From assembly GCA_965601925.1 (NCBI GenBank), contig OZ271854.1, positions 2,112,001-2,176,000 of the forward strand: a stretch of 64,000 bases of DNA, in the 5' to 3' direction. This document shows positions 1 to 8,868 of the stretch, in pieces; positions within the stretch are counted from its first letter, which is position 1; each line of letters begins with the position of its first letter. Source of the DNA: Alkalispirochaeta sp. (GTDB lineage Bacteria; Spirochaetota; Spirochaetia; DSM-27196; Alkalispirochaetaceae). A model generated the notes under the pieces. The model saw nothing but the letters and a program-made list of their open reading frames with translations. It was not told the DNA's origin and ran no database searches. The position numbers and the translations under genes were made by a program.

Positions 1-1637
1 CTTGCCGTCGCCTCGTCGAGAATGAAAATCGCCGGATTCTTAAGAAGGACGCGGGCGAGCGCCACCAGTTGCCGCTGTCCGAGGGAGATACTGGAGCCAC
101 GCTCTCCGACATCGGTATCGAGTCCGGCGGCAAGATCGTCCAGCCAGTCCCCCCGACCGACGTGCGAGGCGGCCCACCGTACCTCATCGGGCGTCGCTTC
201 GGGTAACCCGTAGCGAATGTTCGCTTCGACGGTGCCGGAAAACAGGAACGGCGATTGCGGTACCAGTCCGATGTGTCGACGATAGTTCGTAAGATCGAGA
301 GATCGAATGTCCGTTCCGTCGATTCGTATTGCTCCGCGTTGAAACTCGTAGAATCGCGTTATGAGACGAGCGATGCTCGATTTGCCGGCGCCGGTGTGGC
401 CGACCAACGCGACCGTTTGTCCCGCCTCGATCGTGAGGGAAAAGTCCTCGAGGACCGTCTCCTTTTCCGAGTAGGCGAACTGCACGTGATCGAACTCAAT
501 TGCGCCGGAGATCGTCGTCCCGGCCTCGGCGGTAGCCGTTCCGGCGGTCGGAGGACCATCTTGGCGCACCGACGGCTCGGCGTCAATGAGCGCAAAGACG
601 CGCTCGGCGGCGCTGAGTCCGTCCTGAAACTGCGAGAAGAAGCTCGCAATTCCGAGCATCGGCCACCAGAAAAACCCGACCGCCTGGAGGAAGAGGTACC
701 ACTGCCCGGGGCTCATCCCGCCCAAACTTCGTCCCGCCGCGGCGATGAGCGTCGCAAACCATGCGCCGTCCGGCGACGGGGCGGTGGTGACGCCGAGCCC
801 GCCGAGATAAGCGACCGCGCCGGTACCGACTCCGGCGGCGATACCGACGAGCGGAAAGATGAGATTGAGTACGAGGCCTCGCTTGAGTCCCACCCGAAAG
901 GCAAGACGATTGTTGCGGTTAAAATCGTCATACAATCGTCGCTCTTGGCGATACGCTTTGGCCACCGCGATGCCGCCGATCGACTCCTGCATGTGACCGT
1001 TGATGGTCGCCGTCGCCCTCTTTGCGTCGAGGGTGACCCGACGCGCGAGACGGCGAAAACTCAATGCTACGGCGGCGGCGAGGGGAGCCATGACGAGCAA
1101 CACCACCGTCAGCCACCAGTTGACGGTCAACAAATATGCGGTGAGAGCCAGCACGATCAGCACCTGACTCGTAAAATCGATGACCAGCGTCACGGTGTTG
1201 GAAAAGTCCTGCGTGTCCGAGGTGACGCGACTCACGATCTTTCCTACCGGATGCTCGTCGAAGAACGACATATCGTGGTTGACCGCTCGTTCGAAGACGT
1301 CTTGGCGAATGCGCAGTACTACGTCGCCCACCACGCGGTTGGTCAGCATCTGGCGAACGAAGTTGAAGAGCCACGCCAGGGCACCCACACCGAGCACCGC
1401 TGTGCTCATGATAAGCACAAACTGCATCGTCGGTCGTGCCGCCACGATATCGATCGCTCGTGAGATGATAACCGGCGCAATCGCATCGGAGAGTGAGTTG
1501 AGCGTCAGTACCAGTGCGATGACGACCATCAACGAGCGATGGGGACGAAAGTATCGTAGAATCCGGCGGACCAGTTCGCGATCCGAGTAGGTTCGATCAA
1601 AGGACTCCGTATCCAGCCCGTCGAGAATGAATGCCAT
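1..1637 (-). CDS. ABC exporter, fused TMD + NBD (partial; 3' end runs off the window)
   Basis: Read manually on the minus strand: starts MAFILDGLDTESFDRTYSDRELVRRI (ATG 1637); the same frame near position 1 reads SQGQRQLVALARVLLKNPAIFILDEATA (signature and Walker B). Absent from the ORF track because there is no stop in the window. Confidence 0.88.
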   Translation of the reverse strand, partial: MAFILDGLDTESFDRTYSDRELVRRILRYFRPHRSLMVVIALVLTLNSLSDAIAPVIISRAIDIVAARPTMQFVLIMSTAVLGVGALAWLFNFVRQMLTNRVVGDVVLRIRQDVFERAVNHDMSFFDEHPVGKIVSRVTSDTQDFSNTVTLVIDFTSQVLIVLALTAYLLTVNWWLTVVLLVMAPLAAAVALSFRRLARRVTLDAKRATATINGHMQESIGGIAVAKAYRQERRLYDDFNRNNRLAFRVGLKRGLVLNLIFPLVGIAAGVGTGAVAYLGGLGVTTAPSPDGAWFATLIAAAGRSLGGMSPGQWYLFLQAVGFFWWPMLGIASFFSQFQDGLSAAERVFALIDAEPSVRQDGPPTAGTATAEAGTTISGAIEFDHVQFAYSEKETVLEDFSLTIEAGQTVALVGHTGAGKSSIARLITRFYEFQRGAIRIDGTDIRSLDLTNYRRHIGLVPQSPFLFSGTVEANIRYGLPEATPDEVRWAASHVGRGDWLDDLAAGLDTDVGERGSSISLGQRQLVALARVLLKNPAIFILDEATA

Positions 1638-1718
1638 AGAGTCTTAGAATACTACCGACGACGGTGGAGCGGCAGCCACCGTGTGCGGTTTGTCTCACAA
1701 TCGAACGGATGCGGTTGC

Positions 1719-2957
1719 TCAGCTTGTCTCGCGGGGAACGGTCATCCCAAATGGTTCGAGGACGCGATCGAGGACGCCGTGCAGATACGATATCGCCACA
1801 CCGTAGTTGGTGATCGGCGCACGTGATGAGGTCGCCTCGCCCATCCGCGCGAGCATTTGGGCTCGTGTGATCATGCATCCGCCGCAATGGAGGATCAGTT
1901 CATATTCATCGATAGCATCGGGGAACGGTCCTGCCGCTACATCGATCGAGAGATCCTTGCCGGTGTACTGTCGTAACCAGCGGGGGATTTTTACCCGTCC
2001 GATATCGTCACAGTGAGTGTGGTGGCTGCAGCTCTCGGTAATAAGCACGCGACTGCCGTGATCCAGGCGGTCGATTTGCGCTACGTTTCGCACAAACGCA
2101 TCGAGGTCGCCCTTGAAGCGCGAAAAGAGAATTGAGAACGTGGTCAGAGGAATTTCCGGCGGCACCGCTCCCGACGCCTTGAGCACGACCTGTGAGTCGG
2201 TAATCGCGAGGTCGGGCGGGCGCTTGAGCTGGTCGAGTACCCAGCTGACCTCGCGCTCTTTAACGACGATCGTCGCCGCGTCCCCGTCGAGCACCTCTCT
2301 GATCGTTTGGACTTGCGGCAAGATGAGTCGACCCGCCGGCGCTTCCAGGTCGATGGGGACGATCAGCATGATCAGGCGATATGGGCGCACCAAGTCCTCC
2401 AGGAGCGTCTTCTGCCGACTGCGTTGCGTCGCCAGTTCTTCGATAAGAGCCTCTCGAAGGTGTCGGATTCCGGTGCCCTCGGTGGACGAGACGGTGTGGA
2501 GACCTCTCCCGGCGGCCGCCTCGATCTCGCCGGTAATCGATACGGTGTGCGAACGAGGGAGCCCGGCGATGTCGGCGTGGGTCTGCACCGGAATCACGAC
2601 GCGGCCCGCCTCGCTGTACTCTCGGATTTTGTGTGCATCGTCCCGATCGGCGGTGTGCGGGTGAAAGACGTAGATGACCACATCGCTGCCGGCGATCGCG
2701 CCCCTAGCCTTCGCGTCCCGAGCCGCGGCCAAGTCCGTCTTGTCGTCGATGCCGGCCGTATCGACGAAGACGACCGGTCCGAAGGGAACCAGCTCGCTCG
2801 CTTTGAGTACCGGATCGGTCGTCGTGCCCGGCGTGTCCGAGACGATCGCGACGTCCTGGTCCACCAACGCGTTGAGGAGGGCCGATTTGCCGGCGTTACA
2901 CTTACCGGCGAGGACGATGTGGGGTCGCAGCCCGCGCGGGGTCGTAGTGCGCTTCAT
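1719..2957 (-). CDS. hydF: [FeFe]-hydrogenase H-cluster maturation GTPase HydF
   Basis: P-loop GKCNAGKS, PGTTTDPV, DTAG, APAGRLILPQVQ and C-terminal CSHH...HCGGC Fe-S motif; ATG 2957 overlaps the aspA stop. Confidence 0.96.
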   Translation of the reverse strand: MKRTTTPRGLRPHIVLAGKCNAGKSALLNALVDQDVAIVSDTPGTTTDPVLKASELVPFGPVVFVDTAGIDDKTDLAAARDAKARGAIAGSDVVIYVFHPHTADRDDAHKIREYSEAGRVVIPVQTHADIAGLPRSHTVSITGEIEAAAGRGLHTVSSTEGTGIRHLREALIEELATQRSRQKTLLEDLVRPYRLIMLIVPIDLEAPAGRLILPQVQTIREVLDGDAATIVVKEREVSWVLDQLKRPPDLAITDSQVVLKASGAVPPEIPLTTFSILFSRFKGDLDAFVRNVAQIDRLDHGSRVLITESCSHHTHCDDIGRVKIPRWLRQYTGKDLSIDVAAGPFPDAIDEYELILHCGGCMITRAQMLARMGEATSSRAPITNYGVAISYLHGVLDRVLEPFGMTVPRETS

Positions 2958-4495
2958 GGCGTCTTCTCCTTCCGATCGCCGGTCGCCTCGCCGACGGAAC
3001 CGCCCGCTTCCGTTTGGCCTCGTATGACGGCGTCCACCAGACTGCGGAGCGCCTCGCCGCATTCCGTCCGAATCGTCCCGTACAGACGTTCGTCGTAACC
3101 CAGCGCCGTCATGTTTGCAGGCGCAAAGAGCGCCTCTACATGCGCGTCGGTGAGCACACCTGTGCTCAGCAGAAGACCTTGCAGCGACTCGTTTTTCCGT
3201 GCGGCCTCCAGAAGGAGCGCCTCAATTTCGTCGTATCCGAGAAGCGGTAGAAGAGCCACCGCCTCGGCGTAACCCGAACCGAGGCCCCATTCGCACCGTT
3301 CGCGGTCGGGAACGACGAGTACGATGTAGTCGCTCAATGCACGCAGCGCACCTACGGCGAGGTGGAGAGACTCGTCCACCGTATGCGCGATCGCCGGAAA
3401 GAACGCATTCAGTTCCAATTCGCTCATCGCCGCCAAACGGGCTATCAGCGCGTCGTTGGCGAGTATACGCTCGGCGGCTTGCACGACCGCTTCCGGCACG
3501 ACGGGGTTGATCTTGCCGGCCATGATAGACGATCCGGCGAGGAGCGCCGGAATACGAAACTCTCCGACGGCGGCGCGCGGCCCCGAGGCGAGTAGACGCA
3601 GGTCCGAGGCGATTCGTCTGAGGTCGACCGCGAGACACTTGACGGCTCCCATCGCCTCGACAATCTGGTCGTAGTTACTCGTGGCCTCGACCAAATGCTC
3701 GGCGCGCGTTATCGGATGGTCTACCAGAGACTGCAGGTGTCGTATGACCTGCAACACGTAGCGGCGCGGCGCACCGGCGCCCGTTCCGATCGCCGTGCCG
3801 CCGAGGTTGACCTCTCGGATGCGCTCCCGCGCCTTGAAGCAGCGCCACCGATCGCGTGCGACGGCGTGAGCCCATGTGCCGTACTCGCGCCCCACGTTGG
3901 TAACCAGCGCCTCGCGCAGTTGAGTGCGTGCCGGTTTGAGGATCGCGTCAAAGCGCTCCTCACCATTCTGAAGGTGACCCTGGAGCGTCTCGCACGCCTT
4001 CTCCAGTTCCGCGAAGCGGTCGTGCATCATCAGACGCAGGGCGGTCGGCATCACATCGTTGGTCGACTGGTGAAGGTTTGCGTGGCGATGTGCGTCCGCA
4101 GCGACGTCCGAATCTCCGGCCGCCAGAACGAGCCATTCATTGACCGCCATGTTCGTTGACGTACCGGCACCTCCCTGAAATGCGTCGAGGGGAAGGGCGG
4201 CGCGGATCTCGTCGTCTGACAGGGCGCGCAGTCGGCGGCTCGCTTGGGTCAGCGCCGCAGCGACGGCGTCGTCGAGGTAGCCCAACGCGCCGTTGCACAA
4301 CGCCGCCGCCTCCTTCACGAGAGCGACCGAACGGATGAGACGCGGAGAGACGCGATACGGAGAGAGCGCATACAGCGCCACGGCGCGGATCGTCTCCGAG
4401 GCCGGGTCGTTCACGCGCAACGACGCTTCGCGATTCGCCGTGTCGCGGAGTGGGGCCGCCGTACGATCGATTGCGTCGTTCCCCGATCTCGCCAC
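2954..4495 (-). CDS. aspA: Aspartate ammonia-lyase (fumarase/aspartase superfamily)
   Basis: FQGGAGTSTNM, HQSTNDVMPTA, NLGGTAIGTG, GSSIMAGKINP signature; lies in the hyd operon; start uncertain. Confidence 0.85.
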   Translation of the reverse strand: MARSGNDAIDRTAAPLRDTANREASLRVNDPASETIRAVALYALSPYRVSPRLIRSVALVKEAAALCNGALGYLDDAVAAALTQASRRLRALSDDEIRAALPLDAFQGGAGTSTNMAVNEWLVLAAGDSDVAADAHRHANLHQSTNDVMPTALRLMMHDRFAELEKACETLQGHLQNGEERFDAILKPARTQLREALVTNVGREYGTWAHAVARDRWRCFKARERIREVNLGGTAIGTGAGAPRRYVLQVIRHLQSLVDHPITRAEHLVEATSNYDQIVEAMGAVKCLAVDLRRIASDLRLLASGPRAAVGEFRIPALLAGSSIMAGKINPVVPEAVVQAAERILANDALIARLAAMSELELNAFFPAIAHTVDESLHLAVGALRALSDYIVLVVPDRERCEWGLGSGYAEAVALLPLLGYDEIEALLLEAARKNESLQGLLLSTGVLTDAHVEALFAPANMTALGYDERLYGTIRTECGEALRSLVDAVIRGQTEAGGSVGEATGDRKEKTP

Positions 4496-4497
4496 CG

Positions 4498-4881
4498 CTA
4501 CATCGCCCTCGCGTCGGGTTCCGGCGTTATCCGAGCCGGACGGTCCTCTACGACACGGAGACCCGCCTCCATTGCGTCGGAGATACTCGCTTTGTGCAGC
4601 GCCGATTTTACCGATACGCCGGTAAGGGAACCGAGCTTGCCGGTGAGCGATCCGAGGCGGTCGGTGGTCGCGTGTACGATGAGAACCACGATCGACAGGT
4701 GTCCGTCTTCAATGTTCGGTAATCCCAGCCGGCCGATAATGCAGTCCGAGTGGGCGGCGAGAATCTGGTTGAGCCGTGCGCCGTTATGCTCCCGATTCGT
4801 TACGATAATACCGACAAAACCGTAGCGCGGAGTCGGCTGCGGAGACGAGGGGGTGTGAAGGTCATCGGAAGGTGTAGACAT
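4498..4881 (-). CDS. TM1266-family iron-only hydrogenase system putative regulator (ACT/NikR C-terminal-like)
   Basis: GFVGIIV...LNQIL...IIGRLGLP...SIVVLIVH...LTGKLGSLTGVSVKS pattern plus hyd context. Confidence 0.88.
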   Translation of the reverse strand: MSTPSDDLHTPSSPQPTPRYGFVGIIVTNREHNGARLNQILAAHSDCIIGRLGLPNIEDGHLSIVVLIVHATTDRLGSLTGKLGSLTGVSVKSALHKASISDAMEAGLRVVEDRPARITPEPDARAM

Positions 4882-5449
4882 CGTGCCCCTCCCATATCGA
4901 TAGGTCGCGTCGCCACGGCGCAAGCGTCTCCGATGGTACCGAAAGCGCCCTCATGTGCGCCGAAAGCCAATCGGAAAGAGAGCCTCCGGAGACGACCGCG
5001 TCCCGATACGTCGCGCTCAGGGCGCCGGCGGCGTAGGCGTCGAACAGTTCGGTATCGGTACCGAGCGGTCGGCCCACGATCTCCGCGACGCGGTGCAACC
5101 ACTGTGAAGCGCTCGTCGCTCTTTCGGAGTCGGTAGTGTGTCGCCAGATCGAGAGTCGTTCGGCTTCGATCTTGGGGGCCGCCGCGTAGAGCGCATCCTG
5201 AAAAAAATCTATCTCTACCGTGACCGCTGTAGCGCTCATCTGCGCGTCGCCGGCGCTTCGGGTGCGGAACAGGAGCAGCGGCTTGGCAGGGTCGACGAAA
5301 CGGATCACGATACCGGCCGCCTCGGCTTCCTCCGCGGCTTGTGCAAACGAAGGGTTGGGTTGTCGGACGGTCGCCTCTTCGGTGTGACATAAGACGACGT
5401 CTCCGGTAATGCATCGGCGCGCCAATCCGACAAAATCGATCTCATTCAT
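4862..5449 (-). CDS. Hypothetical protein (195 aa) inside the hyd maturation operon
   Basis: AGGAGGAG RBS; ATG 5449 overlaps the hydE stop (ATGA); the 3' end overlaps the start of the TM1266 gene. Confidence 0.75.
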   Translation of the reverse strand: MNEIDFVGLARRCITGDVVLCHTEEATVRQPNPSFAQAAEEAEAAGIVIRFVDPAKPLLLFRTRSAGDAQMSATAVTVEIDFFQDALYAAAPKIEAERLSIWRHTTDSERATSASQWLHRVAEIVGRPLGTDTELFDAYAAGALSATYRDAVVSGGSLSDWLSAHMRALSVPSETLAPWRRDLSIWEGHDVYTFR

Positions 5450-6642
5450 GGTGTAAGCTCCTCCTTTGCCCGCGACCGATCGCGGCGGTACTCCGTCGCC
5501 GCCGCAGACTCGTCGAATCGCAGTTCTCTTCTTCCTCGATTCCCGTGCGCGGCGTGCGGTGCGTCGCCCCACGAATTGAGCGACACCGGACGCGCCGCCG
5601 CGGCCGCTCGACGGGGCGTGCAGGCCGCACACGCCGAGGAATCCTCGTCGATACACGGCTTTCCGGCGTACAGTTGGTAGTCGCTGCGTCTCCCGCCGGG
5701 GGTGACGATCGGCATCAGGACGTTGGCGCCGAAGGCGAGACCGATCTCCCTCCCCGTCGGAGAGAGTGCCTGCAGCGCCGTCGTCGCGGCGATATTGACG
5801 TCCCTCAAAACGATGCGCGTAAGGGCGATCATACGCAGGGATAACCGTAACCGCTCTGCGGCGGAGAGCGTCGGGAAGAGACCTCGTCTGCGCATCTGCA
5901 CGTCCCCCGGCGGTGGGGAGGCGATGTACGGTCCCATGCCGATCATATCCGCGTCCACGTCCCGAAAAAAGAGTACGTCCCGCGCGAGATCCTCACGCGT
6001 CTGTCCGGGTATCCCGATCATGACCCCAGTGCCCAACTGGTATCCGATCGCCTTGAGATCGCGGAGTGCACGGACGCGCTCCTCCCACCGTTGTCCGGCG
6101 GGGTGCAACCGGCGGAAGAGATCCGGGTTACTCGTTTCGATACGCAGCAGGTAGCGATGAGCACCGGCCTCGAAAAAGCGCTCGTACGTCTCTCGGCTCT
6201 GCTCGCCGACGCACAGGGTTATTCCGAGCCCTTCCGGAAGCTCGGCCGTGCACGTCTCTCGCTTTATGCGCCTGAGGCACCGTTCGACAAACCGGATAAA
6301 GGGCTCATCTCGGCGCTCGCCCGATTGGAGTGTCATCGATCCGTGACCCTGATCGAGGCAGAAACGGGCGGCGGCGATGATTTCCTCCTCACCGAGATCG
6401 AAGCGGTCTACTACGGCCCCCTTGCGAATACCGCAGTAATGGCAGTCGCACCGGCAGCGATTGGAGAACTCAAGCAGGCCCCGCAGGCGTACCTCCGAGC
6501 CGACCTCCGAGCGCATGATCGAGCGCGCTCGGGAAGCCAACGCCGCGTCGCCCCCCGGCGCGTCGCCGCGGAGCCACGCCGCTAGTTGCGATATCTCCGG
6601 CTGCGTTCGGCGGCCGTCATACGTAGAGGTCGCGAGCCCCAT
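5446..6642 (-). CDS. hydE: [FeFe]-hydrogenase maturation radical SAM protein HydE
   Basis: RGLLEFSNRCRCDCHYCGIR (CX3CX2C), LQSGE, RYLLRIETS, DMIGMGPY, ATTAL, GANVLMP, YQLYAGKPC; start uncertain (6642, 6657 or 6711). Confidence 0.95.
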   Translation of the reverse strand: MGLATSTYDGRRTQPEISQLAAWLRGDAPGGDAALASRARSIMRSEVGSEVRLRGLLEFSNRCRCDCHYCGIRKGAVVDRFDLGEEEIIAAARFCLDQGHGSMTLQSGERRDEPFIRFVERCLRRIKRETCTAELPEGLGITLCVGEQSRETYERFFEAGAHRYLLRIETSNPDLFRRLHPAGQRWEERVRALRDLKAIGYQLGTGVMIGIPGQTREDLARDVLFFRDVDADMIGMGPYIASPPPGDVQMRRRGLFPTLSAAERLRLSLRMIALTRIVLRDVNIAATTALQALSPTGREIGLAFGANVLMPIVTPGGRRSDYQLYAGKPCIDEDSSACAACTPRRAAAAARPVSLNSWGDAPHAAHGNRGRRELRFDESAAATEYRRDRSRAKEELTP

Positions 6643-8122
6643 TGGCGGTACGCTCATAATAGTCCGTGAACTTCTTATGGAGTTTCGGCGTGCGGAAATA
6701 TGCGCCTTCAAACTCCTTGCGTATCAGCGCCTCGCCGATCTCCTTCGTCTCCGGCGTGGCGAAATCGTCGAGCCACTCCCGAAAGGTGAGGATCGCGTTC
6801 AGCTTACAAAAATCGCCCTCGGTACACGATCGCAATAGGCGCATAATGCGCTCCCCGGTACGACCGATTCGGTAGCCGGCGGTGCAGAAACTGGTGATGT
6901 AGCCCATATTTGCCAAATCGCGGACGAGCTCGTCGACCGTCCTCGAATCGCCGAGCATGAACTGTTGTCGCGCCTCTTCCTGCTCGTCGTAGGTCGCGTC
7001 GTACGCACCGAGGCCGATGCGGGTCGACGCATCCATCTGCGTAATGCCGCGCCGGACCGCCTCGTTGCGTACCTCTTTGGACTCCCGAGCGGTGCAGATC
7101 ATACCGGCGTACGGTACCGACAGGCGTAGTACGGTGATGATCTTGAGGAAGTCCTCATCGCTCACCGCGTACTTGCTGTTGCGCGTGCCCGGAGCGTTGT
7201 GCGCCGGCTCCAGACGTGGAAAGCTGATCGTGTGCGGCCCGATGCCGCGCATCGTCTTCTCCAACTCTCGGGTATGGTGAATGAGCCCCATGACCTCGAA
7301 CTTCCAGTCGTAGAGGCCGAAGAGCACGCCGATTCCCACGTCGTCCACGCCCGCTTCCTGTGCGCGGTGCATACAGTAGAGACGCCACGCGTAGTCCGCC
7401 TTGAGGCTCTTGCGGCCGTGAACGCGTCGATACGTATCGTGGTGGTAGGTCTCCTGAAACACCTGGAAGGTGCCGAGGCCGACGTTCTTCAGGCGTTTGA
7501 GGGAGGTGACGTCCAGCGGTGCGGCGTTGACGTTGACCCGGCGGATGTTCGCGTGCCCTTTGCGTGTCGGGACGCGTACGTCGTACACCGCGTTTACGCT
7601 CTCCTCCAGATAATCGATGTCGCTCAAAGGATGTTCGCCGTATACCACGATGAGGCGCTTATGGCCGAACGTGCCGGTAAGCGCGGCCGCCTCGGCGCGG
7701 ATTTCGTCCATCGAGAGACGTACGCGCTGCATCTCGGCGTTCTCGCGGCGGAAGCCGCAGTAGGTGCAACTGTTGATGCAGTGGTTGGACATATACAGCG
7801 GCGCAAAGGTGACGATACGGTTATCGTACGCGCGCAGTTTTATATCGAGGCCGGTCTGGCGCATCTCCTCCAACAGATCGGGATCCTCGACGTGGAGAAG
7901 CGCGGCGGTCTCTTCGGGCTCCAAGGTCTGCATCGCCCGCGATTTGTCGAGGATGGCGCGGATGCGCTGCGGCTCGGGGTTACGCGCCGCTTCCAGCTCT
8001 CGGAATATTTCGTCGTCGTCGATGAAGTCGCGGCCCCGGGAGTCGAGATACGTCTCCACTTCTTCCGGTTTGATGATGGAACGAGCCCACTCCAACTCTT
8101 GAGTTACGGCTGAGATCGCCAT
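6617..8122 (-). CDS. hydG: [FeFe]-hydrogenase maturation radical SAM protein HydG
   Basis: FAPLYMSNHCINSCTYCGF, FQETYH, GPHTISFPR, and a C-terminal extension SFCTAGYR...FCKLNA that ThiH lacks; RBS GAGG. Confidence 0.96.
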   Translation of the reverse strand: MAISAVTQELEWARSIIKPEEVETYLDSRGRDFIDDDEIFRELEAARNPEPQRIRAILDKSRAMQTLEPEETAALLHVEDPDLLEEMRQTGLDIKLRAYDNRIVTFAPLYMSNHCINSCTYCGFRRENAEMQRVRLSMDEIRAEAAALTGTFGHKRLIVVYGEHPLSDIDYLEESVNAVYDVRVPTRKGHANIRRVNVNAAPLDVTSLKRLKNVGLGTFQVFQETYHHDTYRRVHGRKSLKADYAWRLYCMHRAQEAGVDDVGIGVLFGLYDWKFEVMGLIHHTRELEKTMRGIGPHTISFPRLEPAHNAPGTRNSKYAVSDEDFLKIITVLRLSVPYAGMICTARESKEVRNEAVRRGITQMDASTRIGLGAYDATYDEQEEARQQFMLGDSRTVDELVRDLANMGYITSFCTAGYRIGRTGERIMRLLRSCTEGDFCKLNAILTFREWLDDFATPETKEIGEALIRKEFEGAYFRTPKLHKKFTDYYERTANGARDLYV

Positions 8123-8258
8123 GAGTACCTCTTTCTGTCGTTGTCGCGTGAAGGGTTCCCTGTCCGTTAGGAGTTATCCCTCGGGATCAGTAACGTCCGG
8201 TGCCTCGAGGGTGACCCGTTGCATTCGGCGCACCGAACGCAGATCGACCTCTCAGCAT
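8123..8258 (-). promoter_or_regulatory. Structured 5' leader of the hyd operon, candidate cis-regulatory RNA
   Basis: About 135 nt between the predicted TSS and the hydG ATG; hairpin TGCGTTCGG/CCGAATGCA and pairing CCCTCG/CGAGGG; segment order resembles NiCo/czcD. Confidence 0.3.
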
Positions 8259-8264
8259 ATCTCC

Positions 8265-8293
8265 ATTGAACCGCATTAGTGCGTATTAGTCAA
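8265..8293 (-). promoter_or_regulatory. Sigma70-type promoter of the hyd operon with a tandem repeat in the spacer
   Basis: TTGACT-17 nt-TTCAAT on the minus strand; ACTAATACGC/ACTAATGCGG tandem overlaps the -35 element and spacer. Confidence 0.6.
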
Positions 8294-8706
8294 TAGTTTT
8301 TTATCGATATTTGAGGTGCTGATTTCGGGCGTCGAGCATTGTCGCGGATTTTGCCGGAAAGAACAGCCGGGTCAATTAGCAGGGCGCGTCCCCGGCTGAC
8401 AAACAGACCCGCAGTTCGTAGGTGCGGTTCACTCCGCCGGAGCGGCGGGTGACGGGCGTTTGGCGCGTTTATTGCGCAAGCGAGTGCCGTGTCGAAGCGG
8501 CTCGACCGGTCCGGTGCGATGGTGTACGGCGCACGGCCCTCGAGTCTATACTTGTATCGAAGCGTCGCTTATCGCCGTTGATTGGATTATCGATTCAGAA
8601 AGCTTGGTTTTCCAAGTGACACGGCGCGTAGCTGTGACTGTGGGTTTCAGTTTCCTCATCTCCGTGGATTGCGCACCTTCTTTTCTAAGAAATACCGAGG
8701 AGGGGT

Positions 8707-8780
8707 ATGATGAGACTGATTCCGCAAATCAATCTATCCGGCGCCGCCGCGGAACCGCTCGATGATCACCGTGTCCGGCG
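8707..8780 (+). pseudogene. Possible N-terminal remnant of a VOC/PhnB-family gene
   Basis: Strong RBS GAGGAGG, then MMRLIPQINLSGAAAEPL, similar to VOC/PhnB N-termini; the downstream reading loses protein-like character. Confidence 0.3.
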
Positions 8781-8868
8781 CGCGCCGCGTCGCTCATATC
8801 GATCCGCCCCCTTTGAACGAGAAACCGACTATTCGTATCGAAGTGAGCCATCAAAACGAGCTTTTTGC

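Noticed and set aside
255..1463. 402-aa plus-strand ORF and similar long antisense ORFs (e.g. 7199-8113, 20205-20951, 36795-37637, 37634-38644, 57419-58387)
   Set aside because: These are shadow ORFs opposite clearly recognisable genes in GC-rich DNA, with no motifs and biased composition.
5446..8122. Calling the two radical SAM genes bioB and thiH
   Set aside because: The HydG C-terminal extension, the HydE YxxY/Cys tail and linkage to hydF and TM1266 identify them as hydE and hydG.
8150..8260. TPP riboswitch upstream of hydG (GCTGAGA, CTGATC, GGATAA, AGGGAA fragments)
   Set aside because: Spacing is wrong, the GAACCTGAT/GCGNAGG core is missing, and no P1/P2 5' strand lies downstream of the predicted TSS.
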